Origin: a virus
Taxonomy: Duplodnaviria; Caudoviricetes
Reading direction: 5' to 3' (one strand)
DNA length: 38,737 nt
IMG/VR virus record: IMGVR_UViG_3300018489_000105
Span: 1-38,737 of that record
Notes under the pieces: model-generated
Told to the model about the DNA's origin: nothing
Databases searched by the model: none
The model's input: the letters and a program-made list of their open reading frames with translations, nothing else
Shown: in pieces, positions 8,372-17,029 of the stretch
Layout of the letters: each line of letters begins with the position of its first letter
How positions within the stretch are numbered: the stretch's first letter is position 1
Program-made: the position numbers and the translations under genes

Positions 8372-9373
8372 ACAACTCAGTATCCAACCACCGGTCAGAG
8401 TGCCGGGAATGAAGGATCCTCAACCTATGAGGGAAGGTATCTCTCATTCGTCGAGAGTGACCTCACCCATCCCTACCATTCGGATGGGTTCGTGGATGGG
8501 GGAGATCCTGTAATGGTCGGGAATATCGTCGGAGTGGCGATGTCGAGTGCATCAGCGGCAACTGATATCATCTCCATCGATACCGAAGGAGTCTGGTATC
8601 TCTACGTCCTGGGATGCGTGTCCGACGGGACGAGCGATGGGATTGCAAAGGCACTCGTCGCCGGGGATCCGGTCTACTTCCAGAAAACCCCAGGCACCGA
8701 TACCTATCTCCTCTCGGGAGAGCAGGACCCCTATCACTTCCAGCCGTTCGGGGAGGTCCTCGGGGCTGTGAGTGCATCAACGACCGTTCCGACGCTCGTC
8801 GCGGTCAAGGTCCACGGATCGCCCGTCCCGCTCGGAGGGATAATGCACTTCGGGTCTGGATATGATACTGCTACCGCGAATTTCCTTCTGGAAGGAGATA
8901 CCACTATCCGCCAGGCAAAGCTGATCGAGGCATGTATCGCCCCGGCAACGCTCCTCCAGGCAGGGGAGCAGATTCACGGGATCAACATGCGGATTGTCGA
9001 TAACCTGATCGGGACCGGAGGGGAAATCACCTGTGCTGAGTTCAAGGCTGTGAGGGATGAGGCGACCGATGCCACCGTCACCGCAGCAACTGCCCTGAAA
9101 CTCGACGTGGACAATAAGAACGGGGGGATCGCTCCGTATTGTCGTGGACTCGATATTAAGATGGAAGGTGCGCCAGGAACCACACCCGCAATCCGTTCAG
9201 CTATCCATGTGAGCTCTAGTGGAACTGCGGGAACTCATGAAGGTCTTCTCGAAATTGATTCGGCAACTACAATGGGCGGTGCTGCCGCAGATAAGACGGG
9301 TGGAACGAAGAACGCTGCGATCTCCGTCATAATTGGTGGGGCACAGTATTGGATTCAGTGTTACGCCAATTAA
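8369..9373 (+). CDS. capsid decoration/cement protein (DUF2190-like N-terminus with C-terminal extension)
   Basis: GDPVMVGNIVGVA...IDTEGVW...GDPVY pattern; lies between protease and capsid genes. Confidence 0.7.
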   Translation: MTTQYPTTGQSAGNEGSSTYEGRYLSFVESDLTHPYHSDGFVDGGDPVMVGNIVGVAMSSASAATDIISIDTEGVWYLYVLGCVSDGTSDGIAKALVAGDPVYFQKTPGTDTYLLSGEQDPYHFQPFGEVLGAVSASTTVPTLVAVKVHGSPVPLGGIMHFGSGYDTATANFLLEGDTTIRQAKLIEACIAPATLLQAGEQIHGINMRIVDNLIGTGGEITCAEFKAVRDEATDATVTAATALKLDVDNKNGGIAPYCRGLDIKMEGAPGTTPAIRSAIHVSSSGTAGTHEGLLEIDSATTMGGAAADKTGGTKNAAISVIIGGAQYWIQCYAN

Positions 9374-9384
9374 TAAGGTGATCC

Positions 9385-9591
9385 ATGAACGCGAAAGAGG
9401 AACTGCAAAAGAAACTTTCCGGATGGGAAGCACGTATCGGGATGCTCGCATACCAGAAGATCCAAATCGAGAAGGACATTGCGACCCTCGAAGCCGCGAT
9501 ATCATCCGGGAAGGCAGTTCTTGCTGATATGACTACGGAAGAGGCAATTAAACAAGCACAAACAAACAAGGAGGTAAACAACAATGTCTGA
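9385..9591 (+). CDS. small coiled-coil protein
   Basis: GGTGA RBS; fills the gap before the MCP. Confidence 0.7.
   Translation: MNAKEELQKKLSGWEARIGMLAYQKIQIEKDIATLEAAISSGKAVLADMTTEEAIKQAQTNKEVNNNV
9563..9586 (+). repeat. 24-nt direct repeat / translation initiation region (copy 2)
   Basis: Identical to 8348-8371. Confidence 0.9.
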
Positions 9592-10729
9592 ATTTCTTGA
9601 AATGATGGAGGCATGGAACGGATATATTCCTGTTCGTAAGACTCTGGACGAATCCGCCATAGCCTCAGCTCTGGATCTGATCCAGAATAAAGCGGGGCTT
9701 TCACCTCGCCGACATGCAGCAATGCTTGAGGAAGCAATAGTCACAACTGATTTCCCATACCTGTTCGGACAGGTCATTGACCGTCAGCTCCTGGCAAACT
9801 ATAAAGGTGTTGACGCAGATTGGAAGAACTACATGAAGGTCACTACCGTGCCGGATTTCAATACTGTCAGGCGCGAGAAGCTTCATGGAACAGATCACCG
9901 GCTGCCGGAAGTCCCTGAGAAAGGTGAGTATCATCCAAGTACCCCGACGAACTGCCGGTATACCTATAATGTCAAGAAGTACGGGCGGCAGTTCGATATC
10001 TCCTGGGAGTCTATCATCAATGATTCACTTGGAGCATTCGGCGATGTTCCACAGAGGATGGCACAAGCGGCAGCAAGGACGGAATACTACTTTGCGACGT
10101 CTCTGTTTGCAGCATCTAACGGTGATGGTAATTCCTCACTATTCGGCAATACGATCACCGATTGTGGACAGGACATCACCAACCTGGGCACGCTTCCCCT
10201 GACAATCTCAAACCTTGAAACCACAATGGGACTCATGGCGGCACAGACTAATCCCGCCGGAGAACCTCTCGGTATTCGTGCAAAGCACTTGGTTGTCGGG
10301 CCGGCTCTGGAAATGACTGCACGTTCGATACTCACATCCACTGTCAAGATGTGGACAGGCGAAAGCATTGATGTAGACGGAACAAAAATCTACTCCACTC
10401 CATATCCAACAACTAATGTAATCCCGCAGCTCGGTCTTCAGCTTCATGTCAACCCGTATATTCCGGTAATCGACACTACTCACGGAGATACTTCGTGGTA
10501 TCTGTTTGCAGATCCGAATGATGTTGCAGCAATGGAGTTCGGTTACCTCCGCGGGCATGAGACCCCTGAGATCGTCATGAAGTCGAGCGATAAGGTCATG
10601 CCAAATGGTGGAGCAGTATCCCCGTTCTCCGGTGACTTCGCTAGTGATAATATCATGTACCGTGTCCGAGTTGTGTTCGGCGGGACGCCAATGGATCCCA
10701 GGGCAGCATATCTCCAGAGCGGCGCATAA
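9584..10729 (+). CDS. major capsid protein (HK97 fold, Mu gpT-like)
   Basis: TTDFPYLF, VPDF, VPEKGEY, KYGRQFDISWESIINDSLGAF, HLVVGPALE and WYLFADP motifs; position; strong RBS. Confidence 0.92.
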   Translation: MSEFLEMMEAWNGYIPVRKTLDESAIASALDLIQNKAGLSPRRHAAMLEEAIVTTDFPYLFGQVIDRQLLANYKGVDADWKNYMKVTTVPDFNTVRREKLHGTDHRLPEVPEKGEYHPSTPTNCRYTYNVKKYGRQFDISWESIINDSLGAFGDVPQRMAQAAARTEYYFATSLFAASNGDGNSSLFGNTITDCGQDITNLGTLPLTISNLETTMGLMAAQTNPAGEPLGIRAKHLVVGPALEMTARSILTSTVKMWTGESIDVDGTKIYSTPYPTTNVIPQLGLQLHVNPYIPVIDTTHGDTSWYLFADPNDVAAMEFGYLRGHETPEIVMKSSDKVMPNGGAVSPFSGDFASDNIMYRVRVVFGGTPMDPRAAYLQSGA

Positions 10730-10762
10730 TCCCTCCTTTTTTCTTTCTTGTAAGGGAGGGAT
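10729..10762 (+). terminator. stem-loop with T-rich loop after the MCP, occluding the next RBS
   Basis: ATCCCTCC (10729-10736) pairs with GGAGGGAT (10755-10762); loop TTTTTTCTTTCTTGTAAG. Confidence 0.6.
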
Positions 10763-10764
10763 AG

Positions 10765-11118
10765 ATGTCATTTACGTATGATCCGACAACGGATATTGGG
10801 CGGGTAAGGCGCACACTTCCGCAGGAGAAGAGCGTAGCCACCTATACCCTCTCCGACGAGGAGATCCAATCGTATCTTGATGATATGGGATCATGGCAGC
10901 TAGCAGCAGCCCAAGCACTCGAAGACCTTGCATCTGATCAGGCTTATGTCCTGAAGATCACTACCAACAGCGCGATTGGGATCTCTGTCAATGCAGTATC
11001 GGTATGTGCAGAACTCCGAGCCCGTGCAAAGGCGATGAGAGATGAGTACGCAGCGACGGGAGATGTGGATACTGCCATGTTCGATGTTGCACAGACTGAT
11101 TGGGAGTCCCTGATCTGA
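10765..11118 (+). CDS. head-tail adaptor
   Basis: MSFTYDPTTDIGRVR...LSDEEIQSYL pattern; position after the MCP. Confidence 0.8.
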   Translation: MSFTYDPTTDIGRVRRTLPQEKSVATYTLSDEEIQSYLDDMGSWQLAAAQALEDLASDQAYVLKITTNSAIGISVNAVSVCAELRARAKAMRDEYAATGDVDTAMFDVAQTDWESLI

Positions 11119-11119
11119 T

Positions 11120-11503
11120 ATGGCAACTAATATGTTCCATCCTTCATTCATGTCGGGAATCTCCGATCTGTTCTTCCAGCATACTTGCACAATCCAGAAA
11201 GAGACTCCTGGGGCGATGGACGGAGCCGGCCAGTATTCCTCGTCCACCTGGGCGAACGACCAAACGGATGTGACCTGCGTATTCTATTACCTCTCACCAT
11301 TCGCCCGGTTTGACATGCACAATATGACAATCACTGAGGAAACCCTGATCGTCGTGCTTCCCTCATCCGTCACGATTGCAGAATCCGGATACCGGATAGT
11401 TTCTACCAACCCAGGATTCGTCGGGACTTATAGCATTGTGAAACTTCGCGGCGAAGATATGGGCAACTGGATTGCCACGCTTGAGAAGGTGATCGACCCA
11501 TGA
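11120..11503 (+). CDS. head closure/stopper protein
   Basis: Beta-rich 127-aa ORF (TCTIQK...DGAGQ...W) in the neck position. Confidence 0.65.
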   Translation: MATNMFHPSFMSGISDLFFQHTCTIQKETPGAMDGAGQYSSSTWANDQTDVTCVFYYLSPFARFDMHNMTITEETLIVVLPSSVTIAESGYRIVSTNPGFVGTYSIVKLRGEDMGNWIATLEKVIDP

Positions 11504-11799
11504 TTGATGATATTGATGTCGCCCGATGCCTTGGGAGAATCGAAGGAGAACTTACTGGAATCAACCGGGAAATCAAAGACATCAAAGACATGCTGAAACA
11601 ACAGAGTGAAAGCTGTGTTGCCTGTAAAGACTCAATCAATGACCGGTTCGAGATGGATGAGAAGAGGATTGATGGTCTTGCTAATATTCAGACTGGTGAA
11701 GGTGCTGTGAGATCATGGTGGGATTCAAGCATAACAAAGCTAGGAGTTATTGGCGGTCTAATCCTTGGAATAGCCGCATTCATTGAGAGGTGGTTTTAG
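11500..11799 (+). CDS. coiled-coil protein with C-terminal transmembrane helix (holin/XhlA-like architecture)
   Basis: LGRIEGELTGI coiled coil; C-terminal LGVIGGLILGIAAFI. Confidence 0.55.
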   Translation: MIDDIDVARCLGRIEGELTGINREIKDIKDMLKQQSESCVACKDSINDRFEMDEKRIDGLANIQTGEGAVRSWWDSSITKLGVIGGLILGIAAFIERWF

Positions 11800-11800
11800 A

Positions 11801-12166
11801 ATGCCACTTCATGGCGCTGATCAGGTCAAAAAGAACCTCGACCAGATCATGAAAGAGCGATGGAGTCAGGTCGGGCCGGCATGGTGGGATACTGTGCAGG
11901 AGAATGTCATGGATCCGAGCTTGGAACAAGTTCCAGTGAAAACCGGGGCCCTGAAAAGCACCGGGCAGAATATCCTGATTGAAGAACCGCATACTGTCAC
12001 CTGTGAAGTGGGATACGGTTCGGAATCAGTGGCATATGCTTTTGTACAGCATGAACGGCTTGATTTCCACCATGAGACCGGCAAAGCGAAATACCTGGAA
12101 GATCCCTTAAACACGGCAATCCCGATCTTGCCGAAAGAATTAATCAAACGTCTGGAGGGGACCTAA
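11801..12166 (+). CDS. HK97 gp10-like neck protein
   Basis: VPVKTGALKST, YAFVQHE and GKAKYLEDPL motifs. Confidence 0.85.
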   Translation: MPLHGADQVKKNLDQIMKERWSQVGPAWWDTVQENVMDPSLEQVPVKTGALKSTGQNILIEEPHTVTCEVGYGSESVAYAFVQHERLDFHHETGKAKYLEDPLNTAIPILPKELIKRLEGT

Positions 12167-12573
12167 TGGCAATCATGCTTGCGGAGATCGCGGCAATGCT
12201 CCAGACCGGCGGGATTGGGACCCTCGGAGCCACGACTGGATGGACAATCCGGGTTGCAGAGATCCCAGATACCCCGAACACCTGTGTTTCACTCTACGAG
12301 TACGCAGGTCTCCCTTCTGACCTTACCTTGGACGGAACTCGTGATGTTACTCCGGGACTGCAAGTCCGCGTGAGAGGGGAACGGAATGGGTATATTACGG
12401 CGAGAGGTAAGGCGGAAGCGGTTTCCGTTCTTCTGGATGGAGTCGGGAACACCACGATCGGCACGCACGTCTACAAATACATCTTCGCAACGCAGCAACC
12501 TTCCTTCCTGGGTTTGGATGAGAACCAAAGACCGCAATGGGTACAGAATTTCAGAGTGTGTAAAGAACCATGA
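12166..12573 (+). CDS. tail terminator/completion protein
   Basis: PDTPNTCVSLYEYAG, PGLQVRVRG and LGLDENQRPQWVQNF; lies upstream of the tail tube genes. Confidence 0.8.
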   Translation: MAIMLAEIAAMLQTGGIGTLGATTGWTIRVAEIPDTPNTCVSLYEYAGLPSDLTLDGTRDVTPGLQVRVRGERNGYITARGKAEAVSVLLDGVGNTTIGTHVYKYIFATQQPSFLGLDENQRPQWVQNFRVCKEP

Positions 12574-12616
12574 ACAGCAATATGAACAGCAATGTGAACA
12601 GCAATGTGAACAAAAC
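12570..12616. repeat. 12-bp tandem repeat RTGAACAGCAAT, about 3.6 copies
   Basis: atgaacagcaat atgaacagcaat gtgaacagcaat gtgaacaaaac. Confidence 0.9.
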
Positions 12617-12638
12617 AAAAACGAGGAGGTAATCAAAA

Positions 12639-13046
12639 ATGGCAAGTAGCGGATTTGCAGCATTCGGAACCGGGATTACATTTGACGGCACCGAAGTCAA
12701 GGAACTGACAAACATCGCCTGGGACATCGGCACGGTTGACGATGTGGATATCACCAACCATGATAGCCCCGATTCAACGGAAGAGTTCGTGCCGGGTATT
12801 ATCCGGGTTGGAGAGATCACACTGGAAGGGAACTTTGTTCCGACTGACGCGGGACAAGCGAAACTGATCACAAACCTTCAGGCGAGAACTTCGGCAACGG
12901 TTGTGATCACCTGCGCAGACCCAGGAGCTGCGACCTTCACAGGCACTGCATATGTCAAGAGCTTCCGGCCTGCAGCACCATTTGAAGGCAAGGCAAGTTT
13001 CACAGCAACCCTGAAAGCAAGCGGGAAGATCACTTTCGCACCATGA
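12639..13046 (+). CDS. major tail tube protein 1
   Basis: DVDITNHDSPDSTEEFVPGIIRVGEITLEGNF...FTGTAYVKSF siphovirus tube pattern; GGAGGT RBS. Confidence 0.88.
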   Translation: MASSGFAAFGTGITFDGTEVKELTNIAWDIGTVDDVDITNHDSPDSTEEFVPGIIRVGEITLEGNFVPTDAGQAKLITNLQARTSATVVITCADPGAATFTGTAYVKSFRPAAPFEGKASFTATLKASGKITFAP

Positions 13047-13057
13047 GGTAATCCACA

Positions 13058-13780
13058 ATGGCATCCTCTGGATTCGCTGCGAAAGGAACAACTCTGCTTT
13101 GGAATGATGTGCCTGTCCTGGAATTGACAAGTATCGGAATCCCAATAGCTGAAACCGACGACATAGAGATCACTAATCATGATAGTCCCGATCAGACAGA
13201 AGAGTTCGTGCCTGGTCTACTTAGGGGCGGTGATTTCGAAGTTGAAGGAAATCTCCTCCCAGGAGATACTGACGGGCAAATTGCAGTTCTAGATGATCTC
13301 CAGGATCGGGTCTCTCGCACAGCAATCATTGCTGGGCCTGCTGGAAAATATAACTTCTCATTCACAGCATATCCAAAACGATTCTCCCCGGCCGGACCGG
13401 TAGAGGGAAAAACGAGCGTGAGAATGGGATTTAAGGTATCTGGGAAATCGACGCTTGTCACTACTGTCAGTGCCGGGCTCACCACACCCTTCTTCAGCAT
13501 TCAGGATAATGAAGGTGAGAGCCCGACAATCACCCCGGCGCCAGCGAATGCAGTCTATAATTACTCCGTCATGCTCGAAGCTTCTGACACGTATGTCAAG
13601 GTTCAACCCCAAGCGACGGCAGGAACAATCCGAGTGAATGGAGTAATAGTAGCTAGTGGGGCATGGTCAGGCAACATCCCCGTTACTGCCGGGACAACTC
13701 GGCAGATCGTAATAGAAGTCCGAGAGGAGAATAAGACTAGTAAGATATACCGGATCTTTATCACGAGGCCATCCGCATGA
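13058..13780 (+). CDS. tail tube protein 2 with C-terminal cadherin/Ig-like beta-sandwich
   Basis: Paralog of the previous gene (MASSGFAA, DITNHDSPD-like, TEEFVPG); C-terminal YNYSV...VQPQATAGTIRVNG...IVIEVREENKTSKIYRIFITR. Confidence 0.85.
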   Translation: MASSGFAAKGTTLLWNDVPVLELTSIGIPIAETDDIEITNHDSPDQTEEFVPGLLRGGDFEVEGNLLPGDTDGQIAVLDDLQDRVSRTAIIAGPAGKYNFSFTAYPKRFSPAGPVEGKTSVRMGFKVSGKSTLVTTVSAGLTTPFFSIQDNEGESPTITPAPANAVYNYSVMLEASDTYVKVQPQATAGTIRVNGVIVASGAWSGNIPVTAGTTRQIVIEVREENKTSKIYRIFITRPSA

Positions 13781-14118
13781 TTCCAATTACTCTGGATAAG
13801 ATTAGGCACCTGAAATTCACACCGAACGCTATTGCAGATGCGGAAGCGGAGATGGATAAAAACCTCCTTCTTATCGTTCAGGAAGGTGGGGTACGGGCGA
13901 CACGGGCGTTACTCTGGGCGGGCCTGAAATGGGAAGATCGCGGACTTACACCTGAAAAGACCGGCAAACTGATTGAAGGATGGATGCAAACAAGACCTTA
14001 TAGCGAGCTCGAAGAAATTCTCGTTAAAGCACTCCAAGAAGATGGATGGTTTCGGGAAGTCCATCGACAGGATATAGAAGATAAACAAGAAACGAGTCAG
14101 GAGCAAGGATCAGAGTAA
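13777..14118 (+). CDS. tail assembly chaperone
   Basis: ITLDKIRHLKFTPNAIADAE...RALLWAGLKWED; lies between tube and tape measure genes. Confidence 0.8.
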   Translation: MIPITLDKIRHLKFTPNAIADAEAEMDKNLLLIVQEGGVRATRALLWAGLKWEDRGLTPEKTGKLIEGWMQTRPYSELEEILVKALQEDGWFREVHRQDIEDKQETSQEQGSE

Positions 14119-14132
14119 GGAAGACAAGATGT

Positions 14133-14420
14133 ATGTGGGACAATCGAAACAGCGCTGCTGGGAAGTATATTCACTGGGTTACAATTGCTGCATACAAATT
14201 CTGCAACATCCAGCCAGATCAAGTAAAGGAGATTACTCCCTCGGATCTCTTGCTCATGCTCTACGTCCGAATACTGGAAGCAATGCCAGAACTCAGAGAG
14301 AAAAACGACATCTCAAAGGCGATGGAACCTATGGACGATGAAACAATGGAGTCCATTATTGTCAATGTTCTGCACCCTGTAATTACTGCGATCGCTACTC
14401 AAGGAGGTTCTAATGGCTGA
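14133..14420 (+). CDS. second tail assembly chaperone-like ORF (start uncertain)
   Basis: In the -1 frame relative to the upstream chaperone; IQPDQVKEITPSDL motif; overlaps the TMP start. Confidence 0.55.
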   Translation: MWDNRNSAAGKYIHWVTIAAYKFCNIQPDQVKEITPSDLLLMLYVRILEAMPELREKNDISKAMEPMDDETMESIIVNVLHPVITAIATQGGSNG

Positions 14421-16175
14421 GTACTACGCGGGTGGGATAGTCTATTCTATTGAAGTTGATGATAAATCCAAAGTAGGTATAGATAGGGCGAAGAAAGGGA
14501 TTGATGGTATAGGCACAACTGCAGAGAAAACAGACATATCATTAAGAACATTATCAAAAGAAACTGCTATATTCGGCCATGCCCTTTCATCCCTTGGTGG
14601 GACCGCCATGATTGCAGGTTCAGCAGTTGGTGGAGATCTCGGTAAGGGGCTTCAATCTTCTGGCATGGGTGTTGCATTTCTAGGATCTGGCTTAGCAACT
14701 ACAGTCCCGGCATTAAAAGCACTCGCAACTGTAACAACTGGGCAAGTAGTTCCAGCAATATTAAAAGCAGTTGCCGCATTAACCGCACAGAAGGCGGCAT
14801 TAATCGCATTGGGTTCGGCAACTGTGATCGGGATAGCCATTACTGGTCTTTATCTTTTGTATCAGGAAATGGAAAAAGCAACATCCAGTTCTAAAAAATT
14901 AGAAGAAGCGATTAATGATCTTGGGGAAGAGGTCAAGAACTTACGAGATGTAGAATCATCTCTGCAGTACCAAACAGATCGTGCCAAAGACTCATTCGAT
15001 AAGTCGACAAAAGAAGTAGAAGATTATCAAGATGCATTAAAAGAAGTAAGGAAAGAGATCGAAAAATTAGAAGGTACTGAAAAAGATCTTACTGATCTTA
15101 GTCTTGATGTAGAACTGGCGAAATTAGATGAAAAAGACGCTATAAATGAATGGAAGGAAGCAGCAGTTAAGGGTGAACAGGATGTAACGAGATATGCTCT
15201 TAATGCTGCAGTAGCATCCCAACGTCGGAAAAAAGCCGAGGAAGAATATCGCAAGGCGCAAGAAGAAGTGACAGTAGAGCTTCCAAAAAAGAGAGAGGAG
15301 GAGAAAGTACTAGAAACTAAATTAGCCACGGCAGAAAGTCAGCGAGCAAAGGATCAAGAAGAACTCAACAAAAAGATGGAAGAATATGAAGACATTACTG
15401 ACAGAATCCGGACAAAAGAGTTTCAATCAGGACTACTCGAACGACAAATGAAAGGAGAACCTCTAACCAAAGAAGAGTATGCGGCATTTACTGCAGCAGG
15501 AGCCCCAGAATGGATGAAGAAAGCAGTAGAGGCCATGCCCCAAACCGTAATGCAAGGCCCTCAGTTCAAAGAAGCAGCAGCATACGGCATTATGGGAACT
15601 GGGGCCAATATACTTCCTGGAGGCAGTACTGGTCTCTCTTACTACCAAAAAGCCTTAGAATTACTACGAACAAAAGAAGTTACTAATCCGTTATTTAAGG
15701 ATGTAATGCAAGAGTCACAATCCGGAGAGCCGGCAGCATATGGTCTTTTAGGATATGGCGCTGAGTTTACTCCAGGCGGTCCAGGTTCACTGTCTACGTA
15801 TGAAAAAGCTGCAGAGTCATTAGAGACAAAAGAGATTGTAAATCCGCAACTTAAAGCTGTAATGCAGGAGCCAACAACAGGAGAAACATATCTGGAAGAA
15901 GCCGCACAAGAAGAACAAAAAAAGCATTATACTCTCAACAACGACAATTAGGACCTTCGCAATATTTGAAGTATCTTGTTACTGGCGAATTACCACCAAT
16001 GCCAGAAAAACCTGAATCGGTTACTCATCAAAACTATACTGGAATTGCACCAGCAGCACTTCAATCCGCACGAGTGGGGGATATCATAATCCATATCAAC
16101 GGAACAATCACTGATCAGACCTTCAAGATTCCTGGCACTACTCTCATGGATCTCACACATAACCAGGGGTACTAA
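14413..16175 (+). CDS. tape measure protein, with a -1 frameshift at the A7 run 15917-15923 (ORFs 14413-15951 and 15966-16175)
   Basis: N-terminal YSIEVDD, hydrophobic G/A-rich segment, long coiled coil; the -1 frame continues to the typical GDIIIHING C-terminus. Confidence 0.8.
15574..15885 (+). repeat. 52-aa tandem protein repeat x2 in the tape measure protein
   Basis: AAYG.{2}G.GA...PGG...LS.Y.KA.E.L.TKE..NP..K.VMQE...GE repeated with a 156-nt period. Confidence 0.85.
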
Positions 16176-16177
16176 TC

Positions 16178-16519
16178 ATGGCAGATCCTACCTTTGACAG
16201 CGTTACTCTTGAGAATGCAAGTATCCAGAGTCAAGAACTATCAAATCTGTCATTTAAAATTGTGTTCAGGTGTGTTACCACTACAAATGACAAGACCAAC
16301 CTTGACGCATTAAAGGCAAAATGGGGCGGTATTGTAACCCGCAGAGTTACTACAGACGGGTACGTTTCCCTTCAGGGCCCGGGAACAAAGGGAAGTCTTG
16401 AGATCGCCACAACGACATACACAAATTGCATGATCACTGCACTTACTGTAACGCCTACAGATAGGAACGCAACGCATTATGAATATTTCGTCACAATCGA
16501 ACGCCACACCGCAGGGTGA
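16178..16519 (+). CDS. putative distal tail/baseplate hub protein
   Basis: Beta-rich 113-aa ORF directly after the TMP. Confidence 0.55.
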   Translation: MADPTFDSVTLENASIQSQELSNLSFKIVFRCVTTTNDKTNLDALKAKWGGIVTRRVTTDGYVSLQGPGTKGSLEIATTTYTNCMITALTVTPTDRNATHYEYFVTIERHTAG

Positions 16520-16524
16520 TAAAA

Positions 16525-16647
16525 ATGCCAGAGATCAGAGGAAAGATAAAAACAATAGTAGAAGTTGAAACCACCGTATACCGGGTTGACGGCACGGTAA
16601 AGGATCGGGAATATGATCGTATCGTAGTAGGAGATGATGAAGAATGA
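16525..16647 (+). CDS. small hypothetical virion protein (40 aa)
   Basis: MPEIRGKIKTIVEVETTVYRVDGTVKDREYDRIVVGDDEE; GGTGA RBS; ATGA overlap with the next gene. Confidence 0.6.
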   Translation: MPEIRGKIKTIVEVETTVYRVDGTVKDREYDRIVVGDDEE

Positions 16648-17024
16648 CAGTATTCACCAATGATGGCCTGGAATACGATGCAAAACTGTTTTGTGGGGTA
16701 TCCACATCCCCATTTAAGTACGTTGCATTAGGTTCAGGAACAGGTGCAGAAGACGTAACCAATACTGCACTGACGACAGAGATCGCAGCGTCCGGTCTTT
16801 CAAGGGCAGAAGGAACACCATCCTATGAAGCAACATATATTGGGGTTGTCACCTGCACGCACACCTGCACTGCGGACGGACTTCAAGTATGGGAAGTAGG
16901 GTTATTCGATACTGCAGTTACCGGCGGGAAAATGGCAATAAGGAAGAAGTTTGCCAGTGCGAAGAATCTGGACACCGGCGAGAAGATCAAGAATACCTTT
17001 AAAGTCACCAAGGCAAGGGCGTAA
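16644..17024 (+). CDS. tail fibre/baseplate-associated protein (collar-like)
   Basis: TNDG...YVALGSGTGAE..TNTALTTEI...EVGLFD...GGKM motif common in tail proteins. Confidence 0.7.
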   Translation: MTVFTNDGLEYDAKLFCGVSTSPFKYVALGSGTGAEDVTNTALTTEIAASGLSRAEGTPSYEATYIGVVTCTHTCTADGLQVWEVGLFDTAVTGGKMAIRKKFASAKNLDTGEKIKNTFKVTKARA

Positions 17025-17029
17025 CCAAT

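Noticed and set aside
12570-12616. Mini-CRISPR array
   Set aside because: Repeats are 12 bp and contiguous, with no spacers
14040-14135. Programmed -1 frameshift between the tail assembly chaperones
   Set aside because: The downstream ORF is in the -1 frame and open from 14085, as expected, but I see no XXXYYYZ heptamer in 14085-14118; plausible but unsupported
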